From: Bacillota bacterium
GTDB taxonomy: Bacteria > Bacillota > Sulfobacillia > Sulfobacillales > JAIMBI01
DNA length: 64,000 nucleotides
Reading direction: 5' to 3'
Assembly (NCBI GenBank): GCA_021846505.1
Contig: JAJZWV010000001.1
Coordinates: forward strand, 37,291-101,290
Shown here: positions 9,670 to 19,863 of the stretch, piece by piece
Numbering within the stretch: the stretch's first letter is position 1
Layout: each line of letters starts with the position of its first letter
Position numbers and translations under genes: made by a program
The notes under the pieces: generated by a model
Told to the model about the DNA's origin: nothing
Seen by the model: only the letters and a program-made list of their open reading frames with translations
Database searches by the model: none

Positions 9670-11229
9670 TCAGCTTGACACCGCCTCGCCGATCGCGGCC
9701 ACCGGCTCCTGCCGGAGGGCGGGCAGCCGGGAGGCAACCCCCCATGGGAGGAAGACCGCCACCGACACCACCACGACGATGGCGCTGCCCACTGGCATAG
9801 ACACTAGGGTAAGGCTGCCCACACCGCCGATGTAGGTCATGCCCACCAGAAACACGATGTACGCGATGTACCAGATGGCGTTCCGTAAGGCGTCAATTTT
9901 GTACCACAGGCCAAATGCCAGCGAGGCCACGGCCAGCAGCACGGTGGCGTACGGCACCGACGGCCATCCGCTCCAATACACGATGAGGGACGCAAACGCG
10001 AAGGCCGAGCCGGCAATGAGGCCGCCGGCCTTATAGAGCCCCGAGTGGCCAGCCCGGCGCAGTGACAGCATCACCACCGGATTGATGGCGTATCCCAGGT
10101 AGCCCGCCACCACCGCATCCCCGATGAGGCCATAGATCGACGGCAGCGGGGCCGCGATGTACGCGACGATGGCACCCACAATCGTGAACACGAGCAGCGC
10201 CCAAAACGGAATCGCGTAGCGCTCGTTGAGCTCCTTCAACTTTTGGCTCACCACGCCAGTGCGGCCCATGGCAAACAGCGTGCGGCTGCCGCCGCCCTGG
10301 TAGATGTAGCCCGTCACGAAGGGCCCCACGATGGCCACCACCAGGGTGACCGCGATGAGCCAGTGCAGGTTGGCACTGGACGCGATAACCAGGAACGGGT
10401 TGCCGGCGATGTGGGTCACATCGGACCAGTTCCCCACCGGAAGCTTCAGCTGGTGCCAGTTGAGCGCCAGCATGAAGCCAAACGCAAACAGCAGATTCAG
10501 CACGGTCTGGCCAATCAGGGCCCACACCAGCGCCCGCCCGATGCGCTTGGGCTCTTTCATCTCTTCGGCAAAGTCCGGGATGACGCGGATGCCTCCGTAG
10601 GAAAACATGGCCAGCGGAATCGCGATAAACACCCCGCTCATGCCAAAGGGCATGAAGCCGCCGAAGTGAAAGAAGTTCACCGTCCGAAACACCGTGATGA
10701 ACCCGATGGCGGCTGCGACGTACAGCACCAGCTTCACCAGTCCCAGCCAGCGCGTGCTCTGGCCAAAGCCCTTGATCCCGTAGTAGTTGAAGGGCAGGAA
10801 AAACAGCATGAACACCACGCCCAAAATCGCCCCCAGCGTGGTGGGATTCCCGGTGGTGGCGTTGACCAGGTGCGGATAGAAATAGTTCAAGCCTTCAGCC
10901 GTGGCCAGCGCCTCGATGGGCGGGATGAACAGATACCAAATCAGGTTGGCAAACGCGTTGATGATGTTGGTTGTGCGGCCGTGGGTGTGCGCACTGTAGC
11001 GCGACGGCCCTCCAGCCTCCGGATACGCCACCGCGGTTTCCACATAGGTCAGGGTCAGCGGCAGATACATCACAAACCCAATCACCCAGGCCAAAATCAC
11101 GCCGGGCCCTGCGTCGGCGGCCATGGCCGCATTGCTGAACAATACGCCGGTCCCTACGGCGCCGACGATGCCGATAATGACGAGATTGGCCACGCTCAAC
11201 TCTTTGCGAAGCCCGCCCACTGCCCCCAC
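9670..11229 (-). CDS. APC-superfamily amino acid permease
   Basis: 519 aa polytopic membrane protein. The N-terminus ..LSVANLVIIGIVGAVGTGVLF.. and overall helix pattern are typical of APC transporters. Confidence 0.8.
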   Translation of the reverse strand: MGAVGGLRKELSVANLVIIGIVGAVGTGVLFSNAAMAADAGPGVILAWVIGFVMYLPLTLTYVETAVAYPEAGGPSRYSAHTHGRTTNIINAFANLIWYLFIPPIEALATAEGLNYFYPHLVNATTGNPTTLGAILGVVFMLFFLPFNYYGIKGFGQSTRWLGLVKLVLYVAAAIGFITVFRTVNFFHFGGFMPFGMSGVFIAIPLAMFSYGGIRVIPDFAEEMKEPKRIGRALVWALIGQTVLNLLFAFGFMLALNWHQLKLPVGNWSDVTHIAGNPFLVIASSANLHWLIAVTLVVAIVGPFVTGYIYQGGGSRTLFAMGRTGVVSQKLKELNERYAIPFWALLVFTIVGAIVAYIAAPLPSIYGLIGDAVVAGYLGYAINPVVMLSLRRAGHSGLYKAGGLIAGSAFAFASLIVYWSGWPSVPYATVLLAVASLAFGLWYKIDALRNAIWYIAYIVFLVGMTYIGGVGSLTLVSMPVGSAIVVVVSVAVFLPWGVASRLPALRQEPVAAIGEAVSS

Positions 11230-11288
11230 ACTCCTTGCTCAACAGATAATCTGAATGGCTTGATCGTCCCGAGATCAAGCAAGCCCCT

Positions 11289-12140
11289 TCAGAAGCGCTC
11301 GCAGATTCGGTGGCGGCACCCGATCTCCTGCACGTCAGGGCGGCCCCCCAAAATTATTGCCGGAATCGTTTCAACGCTCCCTGCCCCCGGACGCTGGCGG
11401 CGGCACAAGGCAGAGTGAGCCGCTGCGAGTGGCCGCCGGCAGGACAGCGAAGCAGTCCCCAGGGCAAATCCCCAAGCGCCTTCCCTCAGCCGCCGCCCCG
11501 TCGGCCCGAGTGGCACTGGCCGCCGCACCGGGCTTCCGCCACATCCCACGGCTCCTTGATCCAGCAGGCAATCCGCTCCGCAGCGGCCCGCCGCCAGCCC
11601 GACCCAAGGGATAGCGCAGGGTAGGATGGTCGCCCCGCAAAATGTCCCACACAGCTGCCCAATCTCTGCGGGGCCGGCGCTGTACGGCCCGCCGCCGTGG
11701 GCGAAGCAATCGGCCAAGACTTGGGTGAGCGGCGCCTAGGGGAACGCCGGGTCCAGGTTCACCTCGCGCGGCGGGCCCCGCCGGCACGCCGACACGGCGC
11801 CTAAGGGAAATGTTGAGGCCAAAATAAGGGCCATGGCCCGACTCGGCTCCCCGCCCGCTGACGCTGGTGATATTGATGATGGCCCCTGCGGCCCGCATGC
11901 AGCCAGCGCTCCCTAGAAGTTGGTTTCCATGTTGCGCCGCCACAGGCGGCGCGGCCTCGTTGCGGCTCTCCACTCCCAGGGCTGGCCCTTTCGCCGGCAA
12001 GGTGCTGGCCTTCTCTCATCTCCAGACCATGGCAGTCCTCTTGACCCAGAGCCAAGGCCACTGCCTGTCCGATTCCACCCGAGCTTCCGGTTGCTCGCTC
12101 CGTCTTGCGGCCCGCGCACTTCTCCCGCTCCGGAACCAGC
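11289..12140 (-). pseudogene. SDR-family oxidoreductase pseudogene (multiple frameshifts)
   Basis: SDR motifs are scattered over different minus-strand frames: TGSSGGIGQAVALAL (cofactor motif), GAIINITSVSG, and AEIGQLCGTF.. near the C-terminus. No single open frame. Confidence 0.45.
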
Positions 12141-12392
12141 CCTGATGCCCTCCGCCGCGCCACTGGGCGAAGCCTCCTGGCGCCCTTTGCCGTGTAAGCA
12201 TCCTCCCCAGGCACGAGAGTGGGTGCGGGTGACTCTGAGCCGTGCTGGCGGGGGACGCCCGGGAGCGCCCACCCGCGCTATCCTTGCGCTATCGTCGCGC
12301 TATCCTAGTGAAGTAGCGGAGCCCGCTGCCGTGCAGTACGCTCACGCCAAGCCGACCAAGGACCGAGGTGCCCCTCAGCGCACTGCCAGGAG

Positions 12393-13979
12393 GTGTGGAT
12401 GCCAGCCGAGCGGAAGGTGGCCATTGTCGGGGAGCCCGGCCTCAGCCGGGACCGGTGGGGCTTTGCGGCGGATGACGTGCTGCCCGGCCTCTCCCTGATT
12501 TATCACGGCCCGGTGGCGGGCCTGTGGGCAATCCCGGAGGAGGACGGCCCCGATGCCGTCATCATGGCGGCCGAGGCCAGCAGCGGCAGCATCGCCCGGC
12601 GGATGGCCCAGCGGTGGCCAACGGCTCGCCTGCTCTGGGCGGTCGGCCACAAGGTGGAGCCCACGGTGCTCACTGGCCTGCAGCACGGGGTGCGCGGGCT
12701 GGTGCGGCTGCCCACGACCCCCGCTGAGCTCCAGAGCGCCGTCGACACCGTGGTGCAGGGGGGCGTCTGGGGGGACGGCGCCTTGATGGCCCGCATTCGC
12801 CACGACTTGCAAGCCACGCCGCGGCTGCAGGCCGCACTGGACCGCGATCAAGCGCTGCGCGGTCGGCTCCAAGCGCTGCTGGACGGCCTTACCACGGTGG
12901 CCGCGCACAAGTCCATCGACACCATGCTGCCAGCCGTGGTGGCGCTGGCGCAGTCGCTGCTGCACGCCCAATATGCCGCCATGGCGATTTTGGGGCCGGA
13001 GGACCGCATTGACACGTTTATCACCGAAGGGCTGTCACCCACCGCCCGGCGGGCGATTGGCGCCCTGCCGCATGGGCGCGGGCTGTTGGGCGAAGTAATC
13101 CACACCCGCCGGCCGCTCCGCGTGCCGTCGATTGCGGACCACCCGTCCTCTAGCGGGCTTCCGCCCAACCATCCGGCCATGACCAGCTTTATCGGGATGC
13201 CGATGCTGTTTCAGGACGAAGTGGTCGGCCATCTGTACTGCACCAATCACGAAGGAGGGCCCTTTACCGACGACGACGAAGAGGTGCTGGGCCTGCTGGC
13301 CCGGCACGCGGCCGTGCTCATCCACACCGCGCGGCTGACCCAGGAGCTGGAGGACGCGGTGGTGGCGGGCGAGCGCCAGCGCATTAGCATGGAGCTGCAC
13401 GATGGCACCCTGCAGGCCCTGTACGGCATCGTGCTGCGCATGGACAGCCTGCTGGCCCACGATCCCCCCCGCCCGGCAGAAGATCGCCAGGCGCTGGCGG
13501 AGTTTGCAGATCGGCTGACCGGGATCATCGAGGCGGTGCGCCACACCGTGCAAAACCTCCGGGATGCCCCGCCCGACCTGCCGACCGCGCTGCGCCGCAT
13601 GGTGGCGGACCTATCTGCGGAGCCCCGGGTTCGCATCCAGATGGCCGACAGTCAGTACCGGCGGCTGGCGCCGGCGCAGGTTGACCAGGTGGCCGCGTGG
13701 GCGCGGGAGGCGGTCAGCAATGCGCTCCGCCACTCCAGCGCGGCCCATATCGACGTCACGTGGCAAGCGGGCGGCGACGGTTTTGTGCTGGCGGTGACCG
13801 ACGACGGTATAGGCTTTGACGTGGACGCGGTCCGCCAGCGCAGCCACTTTGGCCTGCATCATCTCGACACCCGGGCGGCCCGGCTGGGCGGCCAGGTGTT
13901 GTGGGACAGCGCAGTGGGCGCCGGGACCCGTGTGACGCTGGACGCGCCGTGGGAGCCCGCTTCCCCCGCGATGCCCTGA
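12393..13979 (+). CDS. sensor histidine kinase (pseudo-receiver + GAF + HisKA_3/HATPase)
   Basis: 528 aa. H-box ERQRISMELHDGTLQALYG (NarX/DesK-type HisKA_3). C-terminal N and G boxes (REAVSNALRHS.., DDGIGF). A central GAF-like region. Confidence 0.85.
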   Translation: MWMPAERKVAIVGEPGLSRDRWGFAADDVLPGLSLIYHGPVAGLWAIPEEDGPDAVIMAAEASSGSIARRMAQRWPTARLLWAVGHKVEPTVLTGLQHGVRGLVRLPTTPAELQSAVDTVVQGGVWGDGALMARIRHDLQATPRLQAALDRDQALRGRLQALLDGLTTVAAHKSIDTMLPAVVALAQSLLHAQYAAMAILGPEDRIDTFITEGLSPTARRAIGALPHGRGLLGEVIHTRRPLRVPSIADHPSSSGLPPNHPAMTSFIGMPMLFQDEVVGHLYCTNHEGGPFTDDDEEVLGLLARHAAVLIHTARLTQELEDAVVAGERQRISMELHDGTLQALYGIVLRMDSLLAHDPPRPAEDRQALAEFADRLTGIIEAVRHTVQNLRDAPPDLPTALRRMVADLSAEPRVRIQMADSQYRRLAPAQVDQVAAWAREAVSNALRHSSAAHIDVTWQAGGDGFVLAVTDDGIGFDVDAVRQRSHFGLHHLDTRAARLGGQVLWDSAVGAGTRVTLDAPWEPASPAMP

Positions 13980-14040
13980 TTCAATGCACTCCCGTGATAG
14001 GATTTGGCGCATAGGCGCAAAAGGCGCAGAGGAGGCAGCC

Positions 14041-14715
14041 ATGACCAGCAGTGATGCGATTCCTCCGATTCGAGTAGCGTTAGTCGACGACCACGAGCTG
14101 GTCCGCCTGGGGCTGGCGGATTTGCTGGCCGGCCATGCGGACATGGCCGTGGTGGGCCAGGCCGCGTCGGTGGCGGAAGCCCAAGCCCTGATGGACACCG
14201 TGGCGGCGGACGTGCTGGTCCTGGACGTGCGGCTGCCCGATGGCACCGGGATCGACGTGTGGGTTGCCTGGCATGAGCGCCAGCCCGCCACCCGGGTGAT
14301 TATGCTCACTTCGTACTCCGATGAGGCGCAGCTGTTTCAGGCACTGGGCGCCGGGGCCGCCGGGTATCTCCTGAAAAGCACACGCGGGCCTGACCTCTTA
14401 GAAGCTATCCGGGTCGTGCAGGCGGGCGGCTCGGTGCTGGACCCTTCCCTGACGGACGTTGTGATGCACCGGGCCGGGCGGGGCCAGCCTCCCGACCCGC
14501 TGAGCCCGCTCACGCCCCGCGAGCGCCACATTTTGACCCTCATTGCCGATGGCCGCACTAATCGTGAGATTGCCAGCGAGCTCACGCTGAGCGAAACCAC
14601 GGTCAAGCACTATGTGAGCAACCTGCTGGCCAAGATGGGCTGGTCGCGCCGCGCAGAGGCCGCCGCGTACTTGGCCCGGCTGGGCGCGGAGCAGCCACCC
14701 CGCGGCGGTGCGTGA
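14041..14715 (+). CDS. NarL/LuxR-family response regulator
   Basis: ATG at 14041 behind GCAGAGGAGG. Receiver domain IRVALVDDHELVRLGL..VLVLDVRLPDG. C-terminal LuxR HTH LTPRERHILTLIADGRTNREIASELTLSETTVKHYVSNLLAKMG. Confidence 0.9.
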   Translation: MTSSDAIPPIRVALVDDHELVRLGLADLLAGHADMAVVGQAASVAEAQALMDTVAADVLVLDVRLPDGTGIDVWVAWHERQPATRVIMLTSYSDEAQLFQALGAGAAGYLLKSTRGPDLLEAIRVVQAGGSVLDPSLTDVVMHRAGRGQPPDPLSPLTPRERHILTLIADGRTNREIASELTLSETTVKHYVSNLLAKMGWSRRAEAAAYLARLGAEQPPRGGA

Positions 14716-15741
14716 ATTGCGTTCGGTGGCGCCGGCTCACGTCGGGAGGGCGTTTGCCCTGCCCGCTCTGCTGATCGTGGGACGGTCGGCCCGGCCAGGC
14801 CCGGCGGCTAACGTGCTTGTGCCTAACACGCCCGACGCCGCTCTGACCCGCGAGCCGTGTCCCCAGCGTGCGATCGCGGGCAGGCTCTTCGGCAAGCCTG
14901 TCGAGAGGAACAGACCACACTGGCGCTGGCCGCCCAGCATCCCAATGGCAGCTGCGGCCAGGCAGCCAACGCCGCAGGGAGCGCAGCTGTCGGCCAGCGC
15001 CTGCCCAGTTGGGAACCGACAGGGCAGAACGCTCACCTTGCCCGACACGCTAGTGGCGTTGGAGGGGCAGACAGCCAAAGGCAAGCCGCGGCGGGATCAC
15101 GTGGAGGCCATTGGCCACACGGGCGCCTTCGATTTCGTCTGGCACTGACTCAGGAAACCTCCCACGGGCTGCCCGAGGCGGACGTGTGGTCCCTGCATGG
15201 CCTGGTCGTGCGCATCACCGGGTCCGCCCACGTGCCCCTTGATGGCCGAGTGGGTTCACGAGCCAAGCCGCGGCCGCGAGCGGCGCGCCCTCGTGCGGGG
15301 CGTGGCGCGGTGCGGCTCTTGTCCTATCTGGATCGGCTGCGCCCGGGACACCGCGCCGCACTGCTTCTCCCCGAGCACCGGCTCCACGGCTGCGCCGCAT
15401 GGGCATCCTCCCGGCCCGGCCAGCGGGACCCGCGGATATTCCACTTTGCCGAGCGGCTCACAGACGCTTTGCGGCGTTTTGGCAGCCTTCTCTCACTGCC
15501 CCCTCCGATGACCCGCAGCCCGAGTCCGCCCGCTGCAAGCCAACGCGCTAACACGAGGCTGACCCATCGGCGCGGCACGTGCGCTGGCAGCGGGCAGTAC
15601 CGCCGGGGGGCGGTCCTGCGAGGCTCTTTCGTGCCCCCAGCCGCGGCAAAGGATCCACCCAACTGGGATCCGGCGATCCTACGCAGCGCCGACGTGCCCG
15701 CGGCACGATGTAGCCACGGATAAGAAAGGGAGGCGAAAACC

Positions 15742-15828
15742 ATGCTGGGAACGGCAAACATCGTGGTGATCGGGCTGTTGCTGGCCGTCTTTGTTGCGGG
15801 GCTCGTTCTGCCGGTGCATCATAGGTAG
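15742..15828 (+). CDS. 28-aa single-helix membrane peptide (hypothetical)
   Basis: Strong RBS AAAGGGAGG 8 nt before ATG. MLGTANIVVIGLLLAVFVAGLVLPVHHR. Sits 58 nt upstream of the cytochrome b gene. Not in the ORF track (too short). Confidence 0.35.
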   Translation: MLGTANIVVIGLLLAVFVAGLVLPVHHR

Positions 15829-15886
15829 AACGCGCCGTCCCGCGCTCCACTCCAATCATCGCGGGCTCGGCGGAAAGGGGAGCGCG

Positions 15887-16531
15887 ATGAACTGGACGGA
15901 GTACGTGCGCGACAAAATCGGCATCTTGATGTCGGTAGACACCTGGCTGCCGCGTGAATTGCCTGAGTACGCGTTTGGCCTGCTGTACACGCTGGGCTCC
16001 CTGACCGCCTCCAGCTTTGTGGTGCTGGTGGTGTCCGGCATCCTGATGGCCGCCAACGGCCCGCAGTGGTGGACGGTGTCCGCCATCGGGTTTTTCGTGC
16101 GGGGCGTCCACTTCTGGGCGGTTCAGGCGTTTTTCTTCTTCATGGTACTGCACCTGCTGCGCGTGTACTTTTCGGGGGCATGGCGCGGCGGCCGTGAGAA
16201 AACTTGGCTCTTGGGCACGCTCTCGCTGCTGGTGGCCATTCCGACGGCCTTCACCGGCTACCTGATGCGGGGCGACTTCTACTCTCAGTGGAACGCGGTG
16301 CAGGCCAAAGACGGCCTGAACGCCATGGGCCTGGCCTGGTTCAATGTGCTGAATGCGGGCCAGATGTACGGCCTTCACGTGGTGGTGCTGCCGCTGACGC
16401 TGTCCGCCTTGATTGCGCTGCACATCACGCTGATTCGCGTGAAAGGTGTGGTGCCGCCGTACCCGGCCCGCGACGAGCAAGACCAAGATGCCCCGGTGCC
16501 AAAGGACGGTGTGCCCCATGCACAATCCTAA
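15887..16531 (+). CDS. cytochrome b (N-terminal b/b6-type domain) protein
   Basis: Start at MNWTEY behind GGAAAGGGGAG. ..FVRGVHFWAVQAFFFFMVLHLLRVYFSGAW..LLVAIPTAFTGYLM..GLHVVVLPL..ALHITLIRVKG carries the paired His ligand helices of cytochrome b. Confidence 0.75.
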   Translation: MNWTEYVRDKIGILMSVDTWLPRELPEYAFGLLYTLGSLTASSFVVLVVSGILMAANGPQWWTVSAIGFFVRGVHFWAVQAFFFFMVLHLLRVYFSGAWRGGREKTWLLGTLSLLVAIPTAFTGYLMRGDFYSQWNAVQAKDGLNAMGLAWFNVLNAGQMYGLHVVVLPLTLSALIALHITLIRVKGVVPPYPARDEQDQDAPVPKDGVPHAQS

Positions 16532-17495
16532 AAGCGACGTGACCCATCGGTACAAATACGTCCGGGCCGACTTTCTCAAGCACTTGGCGGGCACCACGCT
16601 GGTGGTGGCCGTCCTGACCATGGGGCTGTCGTTCCTGTTCCGTGAGCCGGTGCGGCCGGCCCTGCACATTCGCACCGTCGCCACCTCCACGCCGCTGCTG
16701 TTTGAAAAGGTGGCCATCGGAGACTTGACCGGCACGGGCATCATTGCCACCTATGGCCCGCCGTACAACGACGCCAAAGGCCACGTGCAAAGCCCGCTGC
16801 AAAAGCTGGTGGGCGTGATCCACCCGGTCAACCCCGCCCAAGATTTCATCCTGAAGCCGCTCGAGATGGCGGCGGTGCTGAATCCTGACGTCGCCGCGGC
16901 TCTGTCCGCCTGGCATGCGGCCCCCGTGGGCCAGCGGCAAGCGTGGGCCGACAACTACGCGCACGCCCTGGCTCACGCCCGGGTGGTGGGCCAAACCGTG
17001 GCCGTGCCGCCAGGCAATTATGGCCCGGTCCAGCCGATGATGGCCGGCCTGCTGCGCCTGGGGCAAAGCGGCCTCATGACGGGTGCCCTCGACCGGAGCC
17101 CGGCCGACTACCAATTTGACAACCAAAACTCCCTGCTGTTTCTGCAGGGGGCGCCGCTGCACCAGGCAGCCAAGAAACTGGAGCTCTTAGGCAACCAGTG
17201 GGGCATTATCCACGAGGAAAACGCCCCATACCCGGGTCCGTGGTGGATGACCATCGTCACCGCCATCTACCAGGTGCCGTACATTGCGCATGCCTCCAGC
17301 GGCGACGCTTTTGCCCTCATGCTGGGCATGGTGCTGTTCGTCGCCCTGATGGTGGGGGCCTGGGTGCCGTTCATCAACGAGGTGCCGCGCCGGCTCGGCG
17401 TGTATCGCCTCATTTGGCGGGACTACTACCGCCGCTACGAGCATCCCGCGGAGAGCCCGCCTCCCAAATCCGATGGCGCGGAAGGCCCGTCATGA
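16518..17495 (+). CDS. membrane protein with large extracytoplasmic domain (hypothetical, cytochrome b-linked)
   Basis: Start MHNPKSD overlaps the cytochrome b stop. One N-terminal and two C-terminal TM helices. No CxxCH heme-c motif. Family not recognised. Confidence 0.55.
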   Translation: MHNPKSDVTHRYKYVRADFLKHLAGTTLVVAVLTMGLSFLFREPVRPALHIRTVATSTPLLFEKVAIGDLTGTGIIATYGPPYNDAKGHVQSPLQKLVGVIHPVNPAQDFILKPLEMAAVLNPDVAAALSAWHAAPVGQRQAWADNYAHALAHARVVGQTVAVPPGNYGPVQPMMAGLLRLGQSGLMTGALDRSPADYQFDNQNSLLFLQGAPLHQAAKKLELLGNQWGIIHEENAPYPGPWWMTIVTAIYQVPYIAHASSGDAFALMLGMVLFVALMVGAWVPFINEVPRRLGVYRLIWRDYYRRYEHPAESPPPKSDGAEGPS

Positions 17496-17725
17496 AGCGC
17501 CGGGCACTGCCGCCCGTGCCGCTCGGCGTGCGCCTGCGCTTTTCCGTGGGCTTAGCGCTGGGCATCTTAGGGTTTGGCGCGATAGGCACCAGCCTCTTTC
17601 CCCTCGTGTGGGGCTCGCTGCTGGGTGGGATCCTGCTCCTGCTGCTTGGGCTGTTCGTCAGCATCGGGACCATCGCGCGCCGCGCGCCGCCCTCTTCTGA
17701 ACGACAGCGCCGAGCCGCCCCCTAG
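17492..17725 (+). CDS. small two-helix membrane protein (hypothetical)
   Basis: ATGA overlap with the upstream stop. 77 aa: MKRRALPPVPLGVRLRFSVGLALGILGFGAIG..LLLLLLGLFVSIG. Confidence 0.4.
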   Translation: MKRRALPPVPLGVRLRFSVGLALGILGFGAIGTSLFPLVWGSLLGGILLLLLGLFVSIGTIARRAPPSSERQRRAAP

Positions 17726-17922
17726 CGGGCCGCCCGCAAGTCCCTGCGCCGCCGGCCCTTTCGTGCCTCGCTTCCGGTCAGAAGGCGCATGCAAACGGCG
17801 GCCAACCGGCCTACCGAGCAAGTCCCAGACCGCCTACACTTGGTGGGACCGGCGCAGGCGGCCGCCTCGCCGCAGCGCGGAGAGAGTGCGATGCCAACGC
17901 TGAAAGCTGAAAGGTGAGGTCG

Positions 17923-18732
17923 ATGATTCAAGTGCACCCGGAGCTCCACGATGACAAAATCCTGCGCCTGTTTGAGAAGGGCATCCACGGCCAGTGGGGC
18001 GAGGATGCGATTGCGTGGGGCCAGGCGACGGACGTGACTCCGCGCGTTCGGCACGGACTTGCGCTCACCCTCACGCCGGTGTACCTGGGGGAGCAAACCG
18101 CGATGATTGGCATCGCGACGGTGATCCCCCTGCTTCTGCGCGCCGGCGAAACCGAGGCCGTGCTGTATCTCTCCAGCATGCAGCTGGACGAGGCGCGCCA
18201 CTTTCGCAACCTGCACCGCTTGTACGACCTATTTGAGGAAGATCCCATGCCAGCGCGGCGGCTGCCGGAGATGTGGCGCTACCACGCACGCCTGCTGCAC
18301 TCCCGCGAGCCGCTGGAGTGGGTGTGGGGCATTCTCATCTCCGACCTGTTTGCCCGCCGCTTCTACGGCGCCATTCGCGATGTCGACCCCCAGGGCCTGT
18401 TGGGCGCCATCGCGCGGCGGACCCTGCAGGACGAGGCGCGGCACCAGGCGTTTTCGGACCGCTTCTTGGAAAATCGCATTCCCCAGCTGCCGGAGGAGCG
18501 CCGTGCCTCCCTGCTGGATCTGCGCGACGACCTGTTTCGGTCCATGGACGGCTTGGCGGGCCGCCTGGAGGTGCCGGCCCGCGACGCCGGCATCGACACC
18601 ACCACGTTGCTGGACGGGCTCTGGCTGGACACAGAGCGCTGGGTGGAGCGGCTCGGGATTTCGGCCACCCGCCGCCCGGCGCGCCCGCTGGCTCTCCCGC
18701 GCACGCCCCGACCTGGCGCCGCCTCCTCCTAA
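17923..18732 (+). CDS. ferritin-like di-iron carboxylate family protein
   Basis: Two DEARH motifs (MQLDEARHF, LQDEARHQAF) plus an upstream GEQTA helix, as in ferritin-like/R2-like di-iron proteins. The start (ATG 17923 or GTG 17914) is uncertain. Confidence 0.55.
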   Translation: MIQVHPELHDDKILRLFEKGIHGQWGEDAIAWGQATDVTPRVRHGLALTLTPVYLGEQTAMIGIATVIPLLLRAGETEAVLYLSSMQLDEARHFRNLHRLYDLFEEDPMPARRLPEMWRYHARLLHSREPLEWVWGILISDLFARRFYGAIRDVDPQGLLGAIARRTLQDEARHQAFSDRFLENRIPQLPEERRASLLDLRDDLFRSMDGLAGRLEVPARDAGIDTTTLLDGLWLDTERWVERLGISATRRPARPLALPRTPRPGAASS

Positions 18733-19014
18733 AGTCGGCGAGCGGCGGAGTGCCGGGCAGCGCTCCGCCCGCTGCCGCACCGTGCGGATCCGAGGCCTCT
18801 CGCGCCAGCCACGCCACGCATCGCCAGCCGCACGCCGCAGGCCCGCTTGGCGTCTGTAAATCCTCTCTTATGACGGCCAGGCCTCCAGCGGTTATAGTGC
18901 TCGTATTAAGTCGTGTCCGGCCGGCCAGGGCGGGCGACGCCTACTTTTGTGCCTGGCGCTCCCGATCCGGGGGAGTGCACCGGGCCAGTCGCGAGCTAAG
19001 TGGGGAGGAACAGC

Positions 19015-19863
19015 ATGCCGCACCATTACCTGGTCCCAGCCGTTGTTGCCGGCTTCTTGCAGGGCATCGTCGAGTGGCTTCCAGTCAGCAGCAAAACCAT
19101 GATCACCATTTACTTCACCTTCATCGGCCTGAAGGTGCAAAACGCCTACTCACTCGGGCTCATCGCCAACTTCGGGTCGTTCTTCGCGGCGCTGTATTAC
19201 TTTCGGCGCGAGGTGGGCGGGGTGCTCCGCGCACTTCGCCGCCCGTTATCCGACGAGCCGTATGCGAAGTTGCTGCGGTTTCTGTTTGTGGGCACGTTGG
19301 CCACCGGGATCATTGGAATCCCCCTATATGTGGCGGTGCGCCATACGTTTACGCTGGTGGGCGGCTCCATCGCGATGGGCATCATCGGCCTGCTGCTGAT
19401 TGGCACCGGCGTCGTGGCGCGGCGCAAAGAGCAGCTGATCGCTCAGCAGCAAGATAAGCCGGTGGCACCTAAAGAGCCCACGCCGCGCGCAGCCATTTTG
19501 ACCGGCGCCATGCAGGGGCTGGCCGCCCTGCCGGGCATCAGCCGAAGCGGCATGACCATCACCCCGCTGCTGTGGATGGGCTTTGAGGGCGACGAGGCCA
19601 TTCGGCTGTCGTTCATGCTGGATGTGCTGGCCCTGGTGGGGGCCGGCATTGTGCCGCTCCTCATCGGGCACGGCGGCCGCGCCGCCGTGTCGTCGCTCGG
19701 CCTCGGCACCACCGTCGTGATGCTGGTGGTGGCGTGCGTTGTGTCGTTTGGGGCCATCAATGCGGTGCTGGGGCTAGCGCGCCGCCTGCGCACGTCATCG
19801 GTCACGTTCGGCATCGCCTTTTTCACCCTGGCGGCGGCGGTGCTGTCCTTAGCGCACCTGTAA
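19015..19863 (+). CDS. uppP: undecaprenyl-diphosphate phosphatase
   Basis: EWLPVSS near the N-terminus and ALPGISRSGMTI (PGxSRSGxTI) are the UppP/BacA signatures. Polytopic membrane protein. Confidence 0.85.
   Translation: MPHHYLVPAVVAGFLQGIVEWLPVSSKTMITIYFTFIGLKVQNAYSLGLIANFGSFFAALYYFRREVGGVLRALRRPLSDEPYAKLLRFLFVGTLATGIIGIPLYVAVRHTFTLVGGSIAMGIIGLLLIGTGVVARRKEQLIAQQQDKPVAPKEPTPRAAILTGAMQGLAALPGISRSGMTITPLLWMGFEGDEAIRLSFMLDVLALVGAGIVPLLIGHGGRAAVSSLGLGTTVVMLVVACVVSFGAINAVLGLARRLRTSSVTFGIAFFTLAAAVLSLAHL

Noticed and set aside
14716-15886. A Rieske iron-sulfur gene upstream of cytochrome b.
   Set aside because: No CxH...CxxH motif or convincing ORF in any frame.
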